64,000 bases of DNA from Andalucia godoyi And28 (lineage: Eukaryota > Protista > Jakobida), in contig VRVR01000037.1 of the NCBI GenBank assembly GCA_009859145.1, forward strand, positions 181,885-245,884. Direction: 5' to 3'. Positions 28,825 through 41,134 of the stretch are shown in pieces (within the stretch, counting starts at the first letter, position 1; each line of letters opens with the position of its first letter). The notes beneath the pieces were generated by a model, which had not been told where the DNA came from, made no database searches, and saw only the letters and a program-made list of their open reading frames with translations. The translations under genes were made by a program, and so were the position numbers.

Positions 28825-31512
28825 TCATGCGTCGAATTCATAGTCGATGGTGGAGTGCAGCATGAAGTCTTCTGCGTCGACTTTGGACTGGCGACGGGAA
28901 GCAAGGGGGCTGGAGGACAGATTGTTCTGTTTGGGAGTGTAGCGAGCGACGGCGGTCTTTTTTGGCGAGGTCCAGCCGGTGACCATCCGCTGGACTTCTA
29001 AATAGTCCTTTTCGAAGTCCTTGTTGCTGAGGAATCCTTTTCGGGCGGCTGTTCTTCTTCGTCGATCGTCCAGAGATTCTGTGTTGCTGCAGCGGCTTGC
29101 AGAGGAGGAAGAACGATCTGGTGAAGTTGCGCGCTTCGATTCATGGGAGAGTAAGTCTTGGCGATGCTGGACTTTTTCTCGCGAGAGCACCTTGTACGCA
29201 CTGCGGCCAAGGTCGTGGCGACAGTACTGACTCACGTGGTTTCCGAAAGACCCAAGCAGCTCCCATCGTTCTGCTGCATCAAGCACAGAAAGAACACGAT
29301 GAAGCAGCATCTCATCATCTGAATTCGACGCAGATCCGCCCTCCCAAACGAGCCTGCGCACTTCGAGCGACGTGGGTGGCTCGCCGGAAATAAGTATGCG
29401 AACGAGTGGACTGAGGTTTCGCTTTGTACGATTTTCTGCCGAAACAAGGAATATGTCCTTGTGCATCAGCAAACGGACAAAGTTGTCAACATCGCTCAGC
29501 GTGTGAGCAGCACCGTTTGAAGATGCCCAGGCCGGAAACGACTGGATCAAGATCTGCTGAACCGCAAGACGAACACGAGAAAACAACTCTGTGTTGTCAT
29601 TCAGGGTCTTGGCAGGAGGACTCGTGCGACCGGATAACGACGACGACGAGAATGACAACGGTGGCGGTGGCGGGGGCAGCGGTGAGGAAGAAGGAGCAGA
29701 AACAGACGCAGAATGGCCTGGAGAGGACGGAGAACCAGACGCAGAAGCAGAGCTGCTGCACCTTGACGGAATGTTCATGGCTCTTCTTGCAATCTTCATT
29801 TGCTTTGCTACAAATACCAGACAGTCTGAAAGAAGGGTCTTGAGACGCTGAGGAAGATTAAGGGATGCCTCTGATGCTTCTTCGTCGTCTTCGCCAAGAC
29901 CGCTCGTTTGTCGACTGTGTGACCCATGGAAGCTGGAGTCATTCGGGGACCGAGACTTTGATCTGGAAGTGTATGAAGAAGGCGAGAGATAAGCGGGGGA
30001 GTCCATCGACGACGACCCCGATTTGAACGAATTTGCAAGTGACGGGATCTGGAAGTACGCATACCGCGGATTTCCGACTTCAACGCTCCTAGCCGCTTGT
30101 GCCACACGCTCCTCGTGCAACAGGTGGAACTGCTCCGCAGTTTCAAAGTCAAAGTCGTCGTCGGTTGAGTGGGGAGGCACAATGGAGTCTGCCAAGGGCG
30201 AGCGCTGATCCAAGAACGTTCGCACAATAAAGCTGGTGATTCCGTGCACAAACTTTGCGGTTTCAATGTCCTGATCTGCACCTAACATACTCAAAATATC
30301 CATCAGACTCACCGTGGTATCGCCCATTAGTTCCCTGGCAATCTTGTGAGGATGCACTGCTTCACGCAGCGCCACATGCGGCTTGAGGCTCGGTAGCACG
30401 TGGGTTCCGCGAGTAGGAGAAGTGAGCTCCGTCGAGAACACTTCGTTTCTCTTTGCTCGAGTTGCGCCGCCGCGATAGGGCGACTGTTGTGGAGAGGTAC
30501 TTTTCTTCTGCTCTCGCAGCGGGCGGACAGGCGAGCCGGCCGACGCCGAGAGTCTTTGAAGCAGCGAGTCTGAGCCCATGGAAGATCTGCGCTCAGACTT
30601 CAGTCTCGACGACGCGGGTCCGACTTCATTCAGCAGGTCAACCGGCGAAACCTGGAGTAGCGACACCAGTTCATGCTTGTTAATCTTTGGCTTCGTTGAG
30701 GCTGGCATCGCTCCATGAAGCTCGGCAGCAGATGCCTTGGATACCGTTCCGACTCGCATTGGCTGGAGCCCAGAAGCGCTTACAGAGACATAATGCTTGT
30801 TGCCTCCCTTTGACGCGGTTCTTCGTTCCACAGCCTGCGAAAGCCGAAAATCCTCTGGAATGAACGACTGTTCAAGAATCTTGATGTTCTCCCGAGATGG
30901 CGCCACACCGATTTTTGTGAGCACTCTTGAAGCATACTCTTGCGAAAAGTTGCGTTCGTCAGCAAGCTGCATCAGCGACACCTTCTCCATTTGCGTGTCT
31001 GCCGAAAACCGCACTTCAAACACATCGTCGTCGATCGAAGACGCCTGTCTTGAAAACGACCCCATGTGCGTTGCCGGTCTCGAGACGTGCTGGTTTTGCT
31101 GTGCAAGCTCCTCTTTGTGGCTGCCTTCATTCTTGGATGGGTTCCAAACCTTGTGGGTCGTCAGGAACTTCATCGTCCTCTCATCCGTAGACATCGTATA
31201 CAGGTCGTTCTTCTGGATCCCCCGAGGAGGAGGAACCAGCAGATCCAATGCACTCGGCGTCTGGAACGCCGTCCATGACGACCCACTCTGATACTGCTCA
31301 TTCTGATCATGTCGACGATGATTATGATGGTTATGATGCCCGCTACCATTACTGCTGTTACTGCTGTTCAATGCGCGTTTCAGCGCAGAGTTGTTCACTC
31401 GAGGTTCAAATGCAGGCTCATACAGCGAGTTTGCGCCGGATGCATTTCCAAACAGAAACGACGACGGCGCAACAGTCGATGGCCGACGAGAATGCACAGG
31501 AGATGGACCCAT
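28825..31512 (-). CDS. Hypothetical Ser/Pro-rich protein
   Basis: About 2.7 kb open frame; first ATG after the (TTA)n tract is at 31512; no recognisable domain. Confidence 0.75.
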   Translation of the reverse strand: MGPSPVHSRRPSTVAPSSFLFGNASGANSLYEPAFEPRVNNSALKRALNSSNSSNGSGHHNHHNHRRHDQNEQYQSGSSWTAFQTPSALDLLVPPPRGIQKNDLYTMSTDERTMKFLTTHKVWNPSKNEGSHKEELAQQNQHVSRPATHMGSFSRQASSIDDDVFEVRFSADTQMEKVSLMQLADERNFSQEYASRVLTKIGVAPSRENIKILEQSFIPEDFRLSQAVERRTASKGGNKHYVSVSASGLQPMRVGTVSKASAAELHGAMPASTKPKINKHELVSLLQVSPVDLLNEVGPASSRLKSERRSSMGSDSLLQRLSASAGSPVRPLREQKKSTSPQQSPYRGGATRAKRNEVFSTELTSPTRGTHVLPSLKPHVALREAVHPHKIARELMGDTTVSLMDILSMLGADQDIETAKFVHGITSFIVRTFLDQRSPLADSIVPPHSTDDDFDFETAEQFHLLHEERVAQAARSVEVGNPRYAYFQIPSLANSFKSGSSSMDSPAYLSPSSYTSRSKSRSPNDSSFHGSHSRQTSGLGEDDEEASEASLNLPQRLKTLLSDCLVFVAKQMKIARRAMNIPSRCSSSASASGSPSSPGHSASVSAPSSSPLPPPPPPLSFSSSSLSGRTSPPAKTLNDNTELFSRVRLAVQQILIQSFPAWASSNGAAHTLSDVDNFVRLLMHKDIFLVSAENRTKRNLSPLVRILISGEPPTSLEVRRLVWEGGSASNSDDEMLLHRVLSVLDAAERWELLGSFGNHVSQYCRHDLGRSAYKVLSREKVQHRQDLLSHESKRATSPDRSSSSASRCSNTESLDDRRRRTAARKGFLSNKDFEKDYLEVQRMVTGWTSPKKTAVARYTPKQNNLSSSPLASRRQSKVDAEDFMLHSTIDYEFDA

Positions 31513-31531
31513 ACGCAAAAAACAATAAAGC

Positions 31532-31565
<34 letters not shown>

Positions 31566-31955
31566 CACCAAGCCCAGTCCAAGCCCAGTCCAAGCCCAAC
31601 TCGAAGATCCAAAAGAAATGTTAAAGAAAAAGGAATAAGTATATATCGTAAATAGATGGAAATGAAATAACCAAGAATCACTCTATTGCGACGCTGTTCA
31701 AAAATCCAAAAGTAACATTCAAAATTTGCGTCGTGAAAACGCAGAACGTAGTGGTCTTATGAGATTGCAGACGTTGGTAGGACGAGAAGGAGGAGGGGGA
31801 AAAACCAGCTGTGCATCAATTGACACTGCGCAGAAAAACTGAACTGTAGTCTGCGAGCTCGATGCGGACCGATGGGAAGCGGGATCGAGCCGTCTTGCTT
31901 AGAAAGACAGATACGGGCCGGTAGGAGAGACGCGGACGGTACGCATAGGAAGAAA

Positions 31956-31985
31956 AGAGAGAGGGAGAGGGAGAGAGAGAGAGAG

Positions 31986-32030
<45 letters not shown>

Positions 32031-32050
32031 GAGAGAGGGAGAGAGAGAGA
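31956..32050. repeat. (GA)n microsatellite ending just upstream of the BLOC1S1 start
   Basis: About 95 bp of mostly GA dinucleotide repeat. Confidence 0.95.
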
Positions 32051-32055
32051 AAAGG

Positions 32056-32430
32056 ATGTTTTCTGGGGTGTTGCGAGAGCACCAAGCAGAGCAGCAGAAG
32101 CGACACGAATCGATTGAGAGTCTGCGGAAGACGATTCTGAAGACGACTGCGCCGCAGCTTTCGGACGTTCTTTGCGATTCTGTCAATGAGCGCATTTCAG
32201 TGCTGTTTCTTACGCAGCGCGAGATTGAGTTCCAGGCCAAGACCCTCGCGGCTGCGTCCTCCAAGTTTGCAAAGAATGCACAACAGTGGGCGAACCTTGT
32301 GGACCAGTTCTCGGATGCTCTGAAGGAGCTCGGCGACGTCGACAGCTGGACCGAGTCCGTCGAGAAGGAGCTCGCTGGGCTCTTTGAAATTCTTGGGCAA
32401 ATCAACGAGGCGGAAAAACAAGAATCATAG
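32056..32430 (+). CDS. BLOC1S1: BLOC-1 subunit 1 (GCN5L1)
   Basis: REHQAEQ...LCDSVNERISVLFLTQREIE...QWANLVDQFSDALKELGDVDSWTESVEKEL matches the family pattern. Confidence 0.92.
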   Translation: MFSGVLREHQAEQQKRHESIESLRKTILKTTAPQLSDVLCDSVNERISVLFLTQREIEFQAKTLAAASSKFAKNAQQWANLVDQFSDALKELGDVDSWTESVEKELAGLFEILGQINEAEKQES

Positions 32431-32561
32431 CAGCCGACTCTGTGTGTGTGTGTGTATGCGTGTGTGTGTGTGCGTGTGTGTGTGTGCGTCGGTATGCAAG
32501 TAGAAATAAAGTTTAAAAAAAAAGTTGTGTTGCGACGTTTGGGCTTTCTAGTTAACAGTTT

Positions 32562-32898
32562 TTACTTGTGCACAGTGTCTGTGTCCTGCTGCTGCAGCAC
32601 GAGGCGGGAAAGACCGTCAATCAATGCTTGGAGCTCCTTCTTTGAGGTTCCCACGGCGAGAGTGGTTGCGATTTCCGGGTTTGGTTCGCGGAGAGTCCAG
32701 GTCCCCGAGGAGCTGACGGCATCCAACAAAGCTTCGGCCACAAGCACCGGGTTTTTGGGAACTTTCAGCAATGTCACAATCGAAGTTACGTCCTTCTGCT
32801 CGGTGTCGGCAAACTTGGAACCTGATTTTGAAGACTCTGAGAACGAAAACGACGCGCCTGCCATCGACGAACCAGACGCGGCAGAAGAAGAAGAGGAA

Positions 32899-32930
<32 letters not shown>

Positions 32931-35312
32931 AGAGCCTCCGACCTTGTTCACATTGGTGGAGCCATGGCCAACGACGTTCATCTGCTGCGTTCCATCCATT
33001 GCAGCATACACGGCCTCAACTGCTTCTTGGATACGATTCGCTTTCTGCAGCAGCCGAGCTCGCAACACGTGCACTGCGGGCTCTCTGCAAACGAATGTGC
33101 ACAGTCTGTTTGCCTCCAAAAGTGCAGTAGCATTCAGGCCGAGCGCTTCAAGAGCTTGTATGCGTTGGAAAAGCGCAACGACATTCACTTGGTCCTTTGC
33201 AGGATCTGTGAGCATTTGGGCAACTTCGAGATACGCAAGTGCAAGACGCGGATATTTCAGAGCCAGTGCAACATGCCCAAGGTAAGTGAAGATGACTGGC
33301 GAGTGCTTCATTCTGCGTGCAGACTGCGTAAGATAGTTGTGAGCTTCTTGCGGACGATCCTGGCGCAAGTGAACCTGTGCAAGCCCGAATATAACCCTCG
33401 AATCGCCCGGAGCAAGCTCGAGCCCCTTGAAGAAGGACTTTTCTGCTGCTGCGTAATCTTCCTTGGCAAGGAATTCATGGCCTTGCAACACCAGTGGATA
33501 CGGATCGGCAGGACGAGCGAGATGGGCCTTTGCAAATGACTTGATGGCCTTGTCGTGCTGCTTTTGCAGAGAATGCATGTTTCCGACAACGACAAACAGC
33601 GCATACTCGTACACTGCATCGCGATTGCATCGTTTGGGAACCCGTCGACATATCGTGGAGAGCAGATCCGTCAGCTCTGCTTCTTTTCGCAGATGCCACA
33701 GGCAGCTTGAATGTACATCCGCGACGGACAAGTGCATCCATGGTGCTCGTTTGCTCAGTTCCTCACATAATGCGAGAGCTTGCATATACCGATGCAGGAC
33801 GTAGTGGCATCGGATGGCGACGACGAGGACGTACGGATCTCGGGCATTCAGCAGCGAAGCCGGCAGACAAGACAATGCTTTGGGAGGATCACAAAACGCA
33901 ACGAGATTCTTCACTGCGTTTCCAAGCATCACAAGCGAAGAATCTGGGGCCCCACTGCCGTTGCCGCCACAACTACCACCACCACAATTCTCTGTGTCGG
34001 ATTTCTCATCCTCCTCGTCATCCGTGGCGTTCGGGTCGGCGTCTCCCATTGCCGGGGAAGTGAGAAGCACACGCTTCGATGCGTTCGCAGGCGGCTTTCG
34101 CGCAGGTCTTGCAGGTCTTTTCGGGGCAACAGCCGCAGGGGGATGCGATGCCGCCGTTGGAAACCCGACAGGAGTCGTCGACATGTCACCTGCATTCTGC
34201 GGGGACGGAGTGACCATGGAAAATGCGCTCGTCGAGCCAGACCTCTTCTTTACCTGGCTGCCGACGGAAGCCGAAGATACAGCAGCGGGCGTTCGTAGAT
34301 CAGACTCGTCTAGGCTTCCGGCGGCTGGTGTCGTCGCAAACACTGAGGTTGCCGTTTGCTGTTGTTGCTGCTGTTGCTGGTGTCGGTGTTGTTGTTCGTG
34401 TTGCTGCTGCTGTTGAACCGGAGATACGGTAGGGGGTGAGTATGGCGGCCAGTTTGGCATTCCAATCGACCGACTGCTCCGATTTCCGTTGTCGATCGGT
34501 GTGCAGAACGAAGATTGTGGAGGTGCATGAATTCCAAAGCCAACTGGAGTGACAATGGTCTCGGACGGTGGATGCGAATACTTGAGCGCCTGTGAAAACT
34601 GGAAACCCTGCTGCGGAGGTTGGAACCCAAATCCGACGGGAGATATGCTTGCCGATTCTCTCTGCCTCTGCCTCTGCCTCTCCTCGTCCCCAATCGGTTT
34701 ATGCTCTTGAGCATGCTCATGCTGCTGTCGGTGGTGATCCCCTGCGTGAGAACCAGCGTCGTCTGGTGGCGAAGAGGGAAGTTCTTTAGCACCAAACGAC
34801 AAGTCATCGAGTTCGTTGCTTGGCCCCATCTCGCACAGGCGTTCAAAAGCACACCAAATCCCCATATTGGACTGGACAGCAAGCGTGAAGAATTGTCGCG
34901 CCTTGTCGTGCCGAAACGTCTTGTACATGAGCTCGCCGACCCAGTAGTATCCAAACGGCACCATGGGGATATCAGGCAGCAAGAGCTTCTCTGCCTGGTC
35001 GTAGTCTTCCAAGTTCACCGATGCAATCGCAGCATGATACCGCAGTTCCTCTGATATCTTTGCAGAACTCGTAAACAGAAAGTTCTCGGTCTTGCATGAA
35101 TCCGCAAACTCCTTGAACAGGATCCAGGTCTGCGCAAACTGGTTTGTATTGTTCAGCAATCTAAGAAGCGGCACAAGAGTCGCAGAAGACGGACATTCAT
35201 AAAACTTGGAACGAAGCAGAAACAGCGAGCTCGATGACAAACAGTGCTGTTGCAGCAGCTCAGGAACGGTCAACAACGCAGAAGATGCACAAACAGACGA
35301 CAAAGAGGACAT
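32562..35312 (-). CDS. CDC27: Anaphase-promoting complex subunit 3 / Cdc27-like TPR protein (divergent)
   Basis: N-terminal TPRs ending in IWCAFERLCEMG; long Gln/Ser/Pro-rich linker; then SSCLWHLRKEAEL, VGNMHSLQKQHDKAIKSF and LQGHEFLAKEDY. ATG at 35312. Confidence 0.85.
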
Positions 35313-35570
35313 CGAGTCGCTTGGAGAAGGCGGAACCAGTCTTTTTCGAGACACTTTCAAAACCCAGCAATTCCACACAACCGCAATCTCACAATAACGG
35401 CAAATCCAATATTATTTAATTAATTAAGAAAATGCACTCTGAGAATGCAACGAAGCGAATACAGTCCGTTAAAAAACTCCTAATTCTACTGTACAAAGAT
35501 AGTATCAATGAACCCGTGTGGAGGACGGTGATCGAAGCAAAGAAGCAAGGATAAAAAGAATAATCTGAAA

Positions 35571-35622
35571 AACAATAACAATAACAATAACAATAACAAT
35601 AACAATAACAATAACAATAACA
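35571..35622. repeat. (AATAAC)n microsatellite
   Basis: About eight perfect hexamer units. Confidence 0.95.
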
Positions 35623-36000
35623 AAAAAAACCAAATTAAAAACACAGAGTACAAAGAGAATAGAGAACAGAGAGCAGAGAAAAAGTCTGGAAAACACTGAA
35701 CCCTTAACATCTGCGAAAAATCAGCCGTTATCAAATGAGCGTCTGTAGTGCAATGTAGAGGAACAAAACAAACGAGAAAAAAAAAAAGGCTGCGCAAAAG
35801 CCAAAAGAAGAGAATGTCCGATTTCGAATTCCCGTCTCCGCATCGTTTGGGTCGTTGAATCTTGCAAAAGGTGCGTACAGTATACGTGTCCTACATATCC
35901 GTATTATTATTATTTCTCACTGTCATTTCCACGGTTTATTTTTCAGTTTGCTACTGTCTCTTCTGTGCTGGGTATACTGCTGCCTGTCGAGATTAGTTTG

Positions 36001-36083
36001 TGATTTGTGATTTGTGATTTGTGATTTGTGATTTGTGATTTGTGATTTGTGATTTGGTTTGGTTTGGTTTGGTTTGGTTTGGT
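36001..36083. repeat. Compound satellite (TGATTTG)8 + (GTTTG)5
   Basis: Read directly; ends a few bases before the kelch-gene ATG at 36091. Confidence 0.95.
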
Positions 36084-36090
36084 TAGGAGA

Positions 36091-38478
36091 ATGCCTCTGA
36101 CGTGGTCTCTGCAAAAGCCGCCCGGCATTGGAGGAGGAGAAGGGAGGTGCGTAGCGTGGCCGAGTGCGCGATTCGGCCATTGCTTGATCCCAGCTGTGGA
36201 CGGGGTGTACATGATTGGCGGATGGGATGGCGCAAGTCTTCTTGGCGATGTATGGGTCTTGCGACATCCATCACTCACGAACACAACGTCCACTTATTCA
36301 TGGGAGCTGCTGCATGCCGGGCTTCAAGCGACTTCTGGACCAAACAGCACTTCAGCCTCTGCTGTGCTTGCGACGTTTGGGAAAGGCGCAGACTCCGCGA
36401 TTATGACTCCGCGATTCAAGCATGTTGCATGCATGTTTTCAACGCACATATGGGTTTGGGGCGGGCAGACAACGAATCCCCGCGCAGAGAATCAGGCGCA
36501 CTGCTTTGATCTAGTTTCCAAACGGTGGATTCGAGCCGTTGTGCTCCGCAGTCTGCTTGGAGTGACTCTGGAGTCCCGAACGGATTGCTGCCTTGTCAAC
36601 GTTCCTATTGACGCGAGTGCAGGCTCGGAGAACGGATTTGCATCCAACTTTGCAGCCTCGACGAGCTCAGAAATTGCGTTGGTCTGGGGCGGTACCTTGT
36701 CGTCTCACTTTGCTTCCGTACTGGCAGTTTCGTTCCAAAAGGCAATGTATGATGTGTTCGTGCAGTGTCCTTCTTCTCTCGCGCAGGAAGCAGAGGCCGC
36801 GCCGCAAGGATCGTGCTCGATGGTTGCCGTCGGAGGCCTTGTGGTGTTCCTCGTTGGGTCTATTATGCAGTCCAAAGTATACGTCCTGGACATTGGAACA
36901 AAAGCCTGGTCTGTGCTGGCTTGCTCGGTCAATGGCCTGAACCTTCGCATCAACCGCGTGCACTATGGCGTGACGCCACTGGTTCCGGATGCCATCTACG
37001 TATTGGGGGGCTGTGCGGTCTCGAATCCGCAGCCCGGGCTCTTCTTCACCTCTCCAACACCATCCAACGAGTGCTTCATGCTGAAGTTGAACCAGGAAAA
37101 TATGCTTCGAATCCCTGAAGAGGGTGAGGGCGACGGTGACGGTGACGGTGACGATGAAGGTGGAACTGTGGCTCCTTCCACGTCGCGTTCGAGAACATCC
37201 AGCAATCCAGTGACAGGTGCCGTGTGGTCGACTGTGGACCCGGATCCGCTGTGGTATCCAGTGCCACCGATATACAATTGTCGAGCATGCACAATTTCGT
37301 TTCCGTCCCGCCTCTTGTTCATTGGAGGACGGACAGGTGTCACTGGAAAGGTCACTGATCACTTTATTGTTTACCGGACAAACATGAAGTGGGAACGAAT
37401 ACGTATGCGGTTCCGCGTTCTGGCTCGGTTTATCGGAGCATCGCGGCTGGCGAGAAAGCGAATGCGGCCGATTCAGATGGACAAAGTCCACCAAACGGAC
37501 GTCAAATCTGCAGCGACGGCAGCGGCGGCAGCAGCAGCTCCGATGAAGCGAGCAGAGCGAAGGGCGGCGGATGCAGCCGATGAAGCGAATTTAGCTCGTC
37601 TGCGTGTCACGGACGGAAGAGCGGGCACGTTTTTATATGGATTTGAAAAGATACGTGCCAAGCACGCACCTCCTACGCGGGACGATCCAAAAGAGCTCGA
37701 TCTGGGTGAAAAGGGGACGCTTTCCACATCGACTGCGGGATCGTCGCATTTGGGATCGTCGAAATCGCAGCCTTCCTTGTTTCTTCAACGGCAATCATCG
37801 ATGGCTGCCGTGCTGCGAGCCCCACTTCCCGTTCCTGAAAAGACTGCGAAAGGATATGAGAAGCCCACATTGTCTCGACTTTCCACAGTGTCTTCCATTC
37901 AAGTTCCTTCTCCGCAGCCTGCGGCCTTTGGGAACCGGCTTCCGTCGCTTAGTCCACCAGGTGGATCGCAGTCATCCGTATCTCCTGCGAGCAGCATCCT
38001 CTCTTCTGGACCGAACTCTGTGTCATCGGATGGACAGTATTTCAGTCCAACGAACAGCGTGTCTCCGGCATCGGCGGCGGTGAGCACGCCTGGCAGTGGT
38101 ACTACTCCCATTCTGCTCAAGCAAGGCTCGAAGCCGCATCTGCACAAGCAAACGAGCGCAAAGAAACTCGATCCGCTGTATTCACAGATCAGCGAGTCCA
38201 TTCGCAACATCACGAACTATCAAGTGCGCGTTGCATCGCAGGAAATGGGACAGGTGATCCAGTCCAAAGAACAGATTTCACAGCGCAACGCCATGCTGTC
38301 CTCTGGTCGATCGACCCCTATCGATCAACTGTTTGGGGTTGACGATGATGGCGCCACTGCCCCGGTTCCCAGTTTGCAACGAGGAAAGTCGCAAGGATAC
38401 GGGATTGGTGCTCGCATTCCTACCGGATCTTCTCGTAGCGCCAACAGCAGCCCCACGCGCATGATGCGTCGATATTAA
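36091..38478 (+). CDS. Kelch-repeat beta-propeller protein with disordered C-terminal tail
   Basis: Kelch repeats ARFGHCL...VYMIGGWDG, PRFKHVAC...IWVWGG, RVHYGV...IYVLGG, RLLFIGG; Ser/Pro-rich C-terminal half. Confidence 0.85.
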   Translation: MPLTWSLQKPPGIGGGEGRCVAWPSARFGHCLIPAVDGVYMIGGWDGASLLGDVWVLRHPSLTNTTSTYSWELLHAGLQATSGPNSTSASAVLATFGKGADSAIMTPRFKHVACMFSTHIWVWGGQTTNPRAENQAHCFDLVSKRWIRAVVLRSLLGVTLESRTDCCLVNVPIDASAGSENGFASNFAASTSSEIALVWGGTLSSHFASVLAVSFQKAMYDVFVQCPSSLAQEAEAAPQGSCSMVAVGGLVVFLVGSIMQSKVYVLDIGTKAWSVLACSVNGLNLRINRVHYGVTPLVPDAIYVLGGCAVSNPQPGLFFTSPTPSNECFMLKLNQENMLRIPEEGEGDGDGDGDDEGGTVAPSTSRSRTSSNPVTGAVWSTVDPDPLWYPVPPIYNCRACTISFPSRLLFIGGRTGVTGKVTDHFIVYRTNMKWERIRMRFRVLARFIGASRLARKRMRPIQMDKVHQTDVKSAATAAAAAAAPMKRAERRAADAADEANLARLRVTDGRAGTFLYGFEKIRAKHAPPTRDDPKELDLGEKGTLSTSTAGSSHLGSSKSQPSLFLQRQSSMAAVLRAPLPVPEKTAKGYEKPTLSRLSTVSSIQVPSPQPAAFGNRLPSLSPPGGSQSSVSPASSILSSGPNSVSSDGQYFSPTNSVSPASAAVSTPGSGTTPILLKQGSKPHLHKQTSAKKLDPLYSQISESIRNITNYQVRVASQEMGQVIQSKEQISQRNAMLSSGRSTPIDQLFGVDDDGATAPVPSLQRGKSQGYGIGARIPTGSSRSANSSPTRMMRRY

Positions 38479-38777
38479 GCAAGAGTCCTTCTTTAGTTTC
38501 GTGCTTACTCTTGCTTGTTTGGTGGGCTTTAAAGCGCATCCATTCGTCTCGGTCTGTTCAATTCCACAACAGCATCACCCGGCAGCGGAAGTCGGCATGA
38601 GGGAGCATGAACATGAGCAGGAATTGTTTTCCACAGTCCCCTCTTTTCATTCTTTGAAAGTGTTTGTACACATTCGCTGCTATTTTTTTATATTACTGTT
38701 TCATATATTGTTTTCTCTCGCCGACGACTTCTTTTCACCCACTCTCGCATGCGGGTGCTACTGCGGTTGATTGGACA

Positions 38778-40945
38778 TCATAACGGGGAAAGGTGGTCCA
38801 TTTCTTGTTCTCTCTGAAGAAGAGAGATTTTGCTGAAAACACACCGGGTTTCCGGATCCCAGCGGTCATGGGTCCAGAACTCGGGGAAGCACGGGGGAGT
38901 GAGTGCTTGGGGGCCGTACCGCTTCACAAAATCCGTCGATTCTTCTTCATACAAGAAGCACGGAGATGTCACCCTGTTGAGGACCAGCGGCGAAAGAATT
39001 CCAGTAACAGGAGAGGGCGTCGCTGTTCCCGGCATCGTATTCCATAGATTTCCCGTAACTCCTGGCTGCACTGAAGACGCCGCAGTTTCGGAACGCAAGT
39101 CGGATAAGGAAGAAAAGCTCAGTGCAGGAGGCCGATTCGCCGAGGTTCTTCCGGAAGTGTTTGAATTCGATCCAAACGGAGCGTTGGATGACGGCTGTTG
39201 TGGACTGGGGGCCAGCGCCGATGGTAGTCCTGAAGCTTGTCCACCACGCAATACTCCAACGTCTTGGAGCTGTGACAGGTTCTGCAATCCCGCAGCCTGT
39301 GAAATCAGCGAAGTATACGGATTGAATGGTTGTGCCGCAGGCAGCATGTGCTGCTGAGACTGGGCCATCAGCTGGGCCATCGCAGCTGCGGCCGCGAGAT
39401 TTTGTGGCGACTGCAGCGGCATTTGGAGAGAAGACATTCCTGCACTGCCGTTCTGCTGTTGCTGCTGCTGCTTTCCAAGCTCCGCGCTTCTTGAGGATGC
39501 ATTTGCGATAGACTGCATGCCATTCCCGATCACAGTTTGATGCTGTTTCTGCTGTTGCTGACGTTGCTGCTGACGTTGCGCAGATGAAGGGGCAGAAGCA
39601 GAAGCAGAAGCAGAAACAGGAGCAGCAACAGAGCCGTTCCGGTTGGCAGACGTCAAACTGGGAGCGGACGTCGCCCATGGTGTTCTGTGAAACGTGTATC
39701 CAATCGCGTCGAGCTGCAGAATGAATTCATGGAGTCTCGCGGTGGTTGCCAGCCTGCGGAGTTCGACGTAAAACTGGTTACTTTCTGCGCTCTCAATCGC
39801 AAGCCACTTGCTTCGAATCTGCGCATCTGTTCTTCCGGACAGCTGCTTTGCAATCTGTGAGAAGTTTCGGTTCCCGAGTTTTCGGACCAGCCATGCTAGC
39901 TTGTACATTTCCTCTTGTGAAAACGGTGCTCGCGAGATCGATCCTTTGATAACACGGTTCCAGCGTTGGTAGCATGATGCAGAGTCTCTGGTGCCGACCA
40001 TGGCGCTAATCTCTGGCCAATTCTTTTCTCCGAGAACCGAGATCGCATGTCGGAGCCGTGCGTCCTCCTCTGCAGTCCATGCAGGCCGATTGCTCGACGG
40101 TGCATTCGATGCCGTTCCCGTCGAGAGGCGTTGGAGGCAGACGAGTTTGATGCGGTCCGCTGCGTTTGCAACTGCGATGACATCGATTGACGTGTACTCG
40201 CTGACCCTTTGATGCGGCTCTTGCTCTCTGCAGTCTCGGACGAGGACGAGGACGAGGACACGGAAGCCGAAGCAGGCGCAGGTCCTGTTGCAGACGATGA
40301 ATTTCCCCATCGATGACCATTGGTCGACGACATCTTTCTCTCTTTTGTGCTCTCCTTGAATTCTTTTTCACCGCGGGTGGCATGCGTCCCTCCCTGAGCA
40401 TGGTGGTTGGACTTGATTCCGGCTTCGGAGTCCGAGCTTGCTTTGCGCACGGATCGCGTAGTGGAAGGCCGCAGGTGATACGGCAAAGGCGGGTCACTCT
40501 GGTGATGCGTGCCCAGCGATGATGACTTGGACGACGCCAGCTCGAGCTCCGCCAACTGCTGCTGCTTCTGGATCGCAGATCGCCTGCGTTTCCTCGATGC
40601 AGCCTCGTCCAGTACCATCTGACTCGGCTCTTCCACCAGCACAAAGTCTGGACTCATACTCATGCTCATGCTCATACTCATTGGACTCGGAACAACCACC
40701 TGCTCCGCCAAAATATCACTAAACTCATCACCACCAACCCCACCACCAATATCACCATTGATGCCACTGATGCCGTCATACTCACCACTGCTGCCGTGGG
40801 GGGCAGCAAGCTCGGCTTGAATTGCGCTGGTTGAGGGTAAAGCTGCCAATGCGCTCTCAAAGTCTGTCGGCTCTGAGTCCATGATCAGCAAACCTTCCTT
40901 GCTCGGCTGCTGAGCACCGTCGCTGTTGCTGCCATACATTCGCAT
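38778..40945 (-). CDS. Myb-domain transcription factor (two repeats); CDS split by a frame change near 40120-40200
   Basis: Myb repeats AWTAEEDARL...GEKNWPEISAMVGTRDSASCYQRW and PFSQEEMYKL...GNRNFSQIAKQLSGRTDAQIRSKW lie in ORF 38778-40310. The plausible N-terminus lies in ORF 39896-40945, in another frame. Confidence 0.75.
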
Positions 40946-41134
40946 GCAAGAACGTGATAGGACTGGGCAAATAAATAAAAAGGAAGAGGAAGGGGGATAT
41001 TAAAATAATATACGGATATATGTACGTATGTGTGCGTGTGTGTGTGTGTGTGCGTGTATATGTATAATTAAAGAGAATGCAGGATAAAAAAAATAAGAGT
41101 GTGAGTACACCTCCCAATGGGGTGCTCTTGTTGT

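Noticed and set aside
36001-36086. G/T-rich tandem repeats as telomeric or CRISPR repeats
   Set aside because: The units TGATTTG and GTTTG are not TTAGGG-like arrays and have no unique spacers; ordinary microsatellite.
40200-40215. AAAGGG near the Myb frame junction as a slippery site
   Set aside because: Not in the X XXY YYZ register for the upstream frame.
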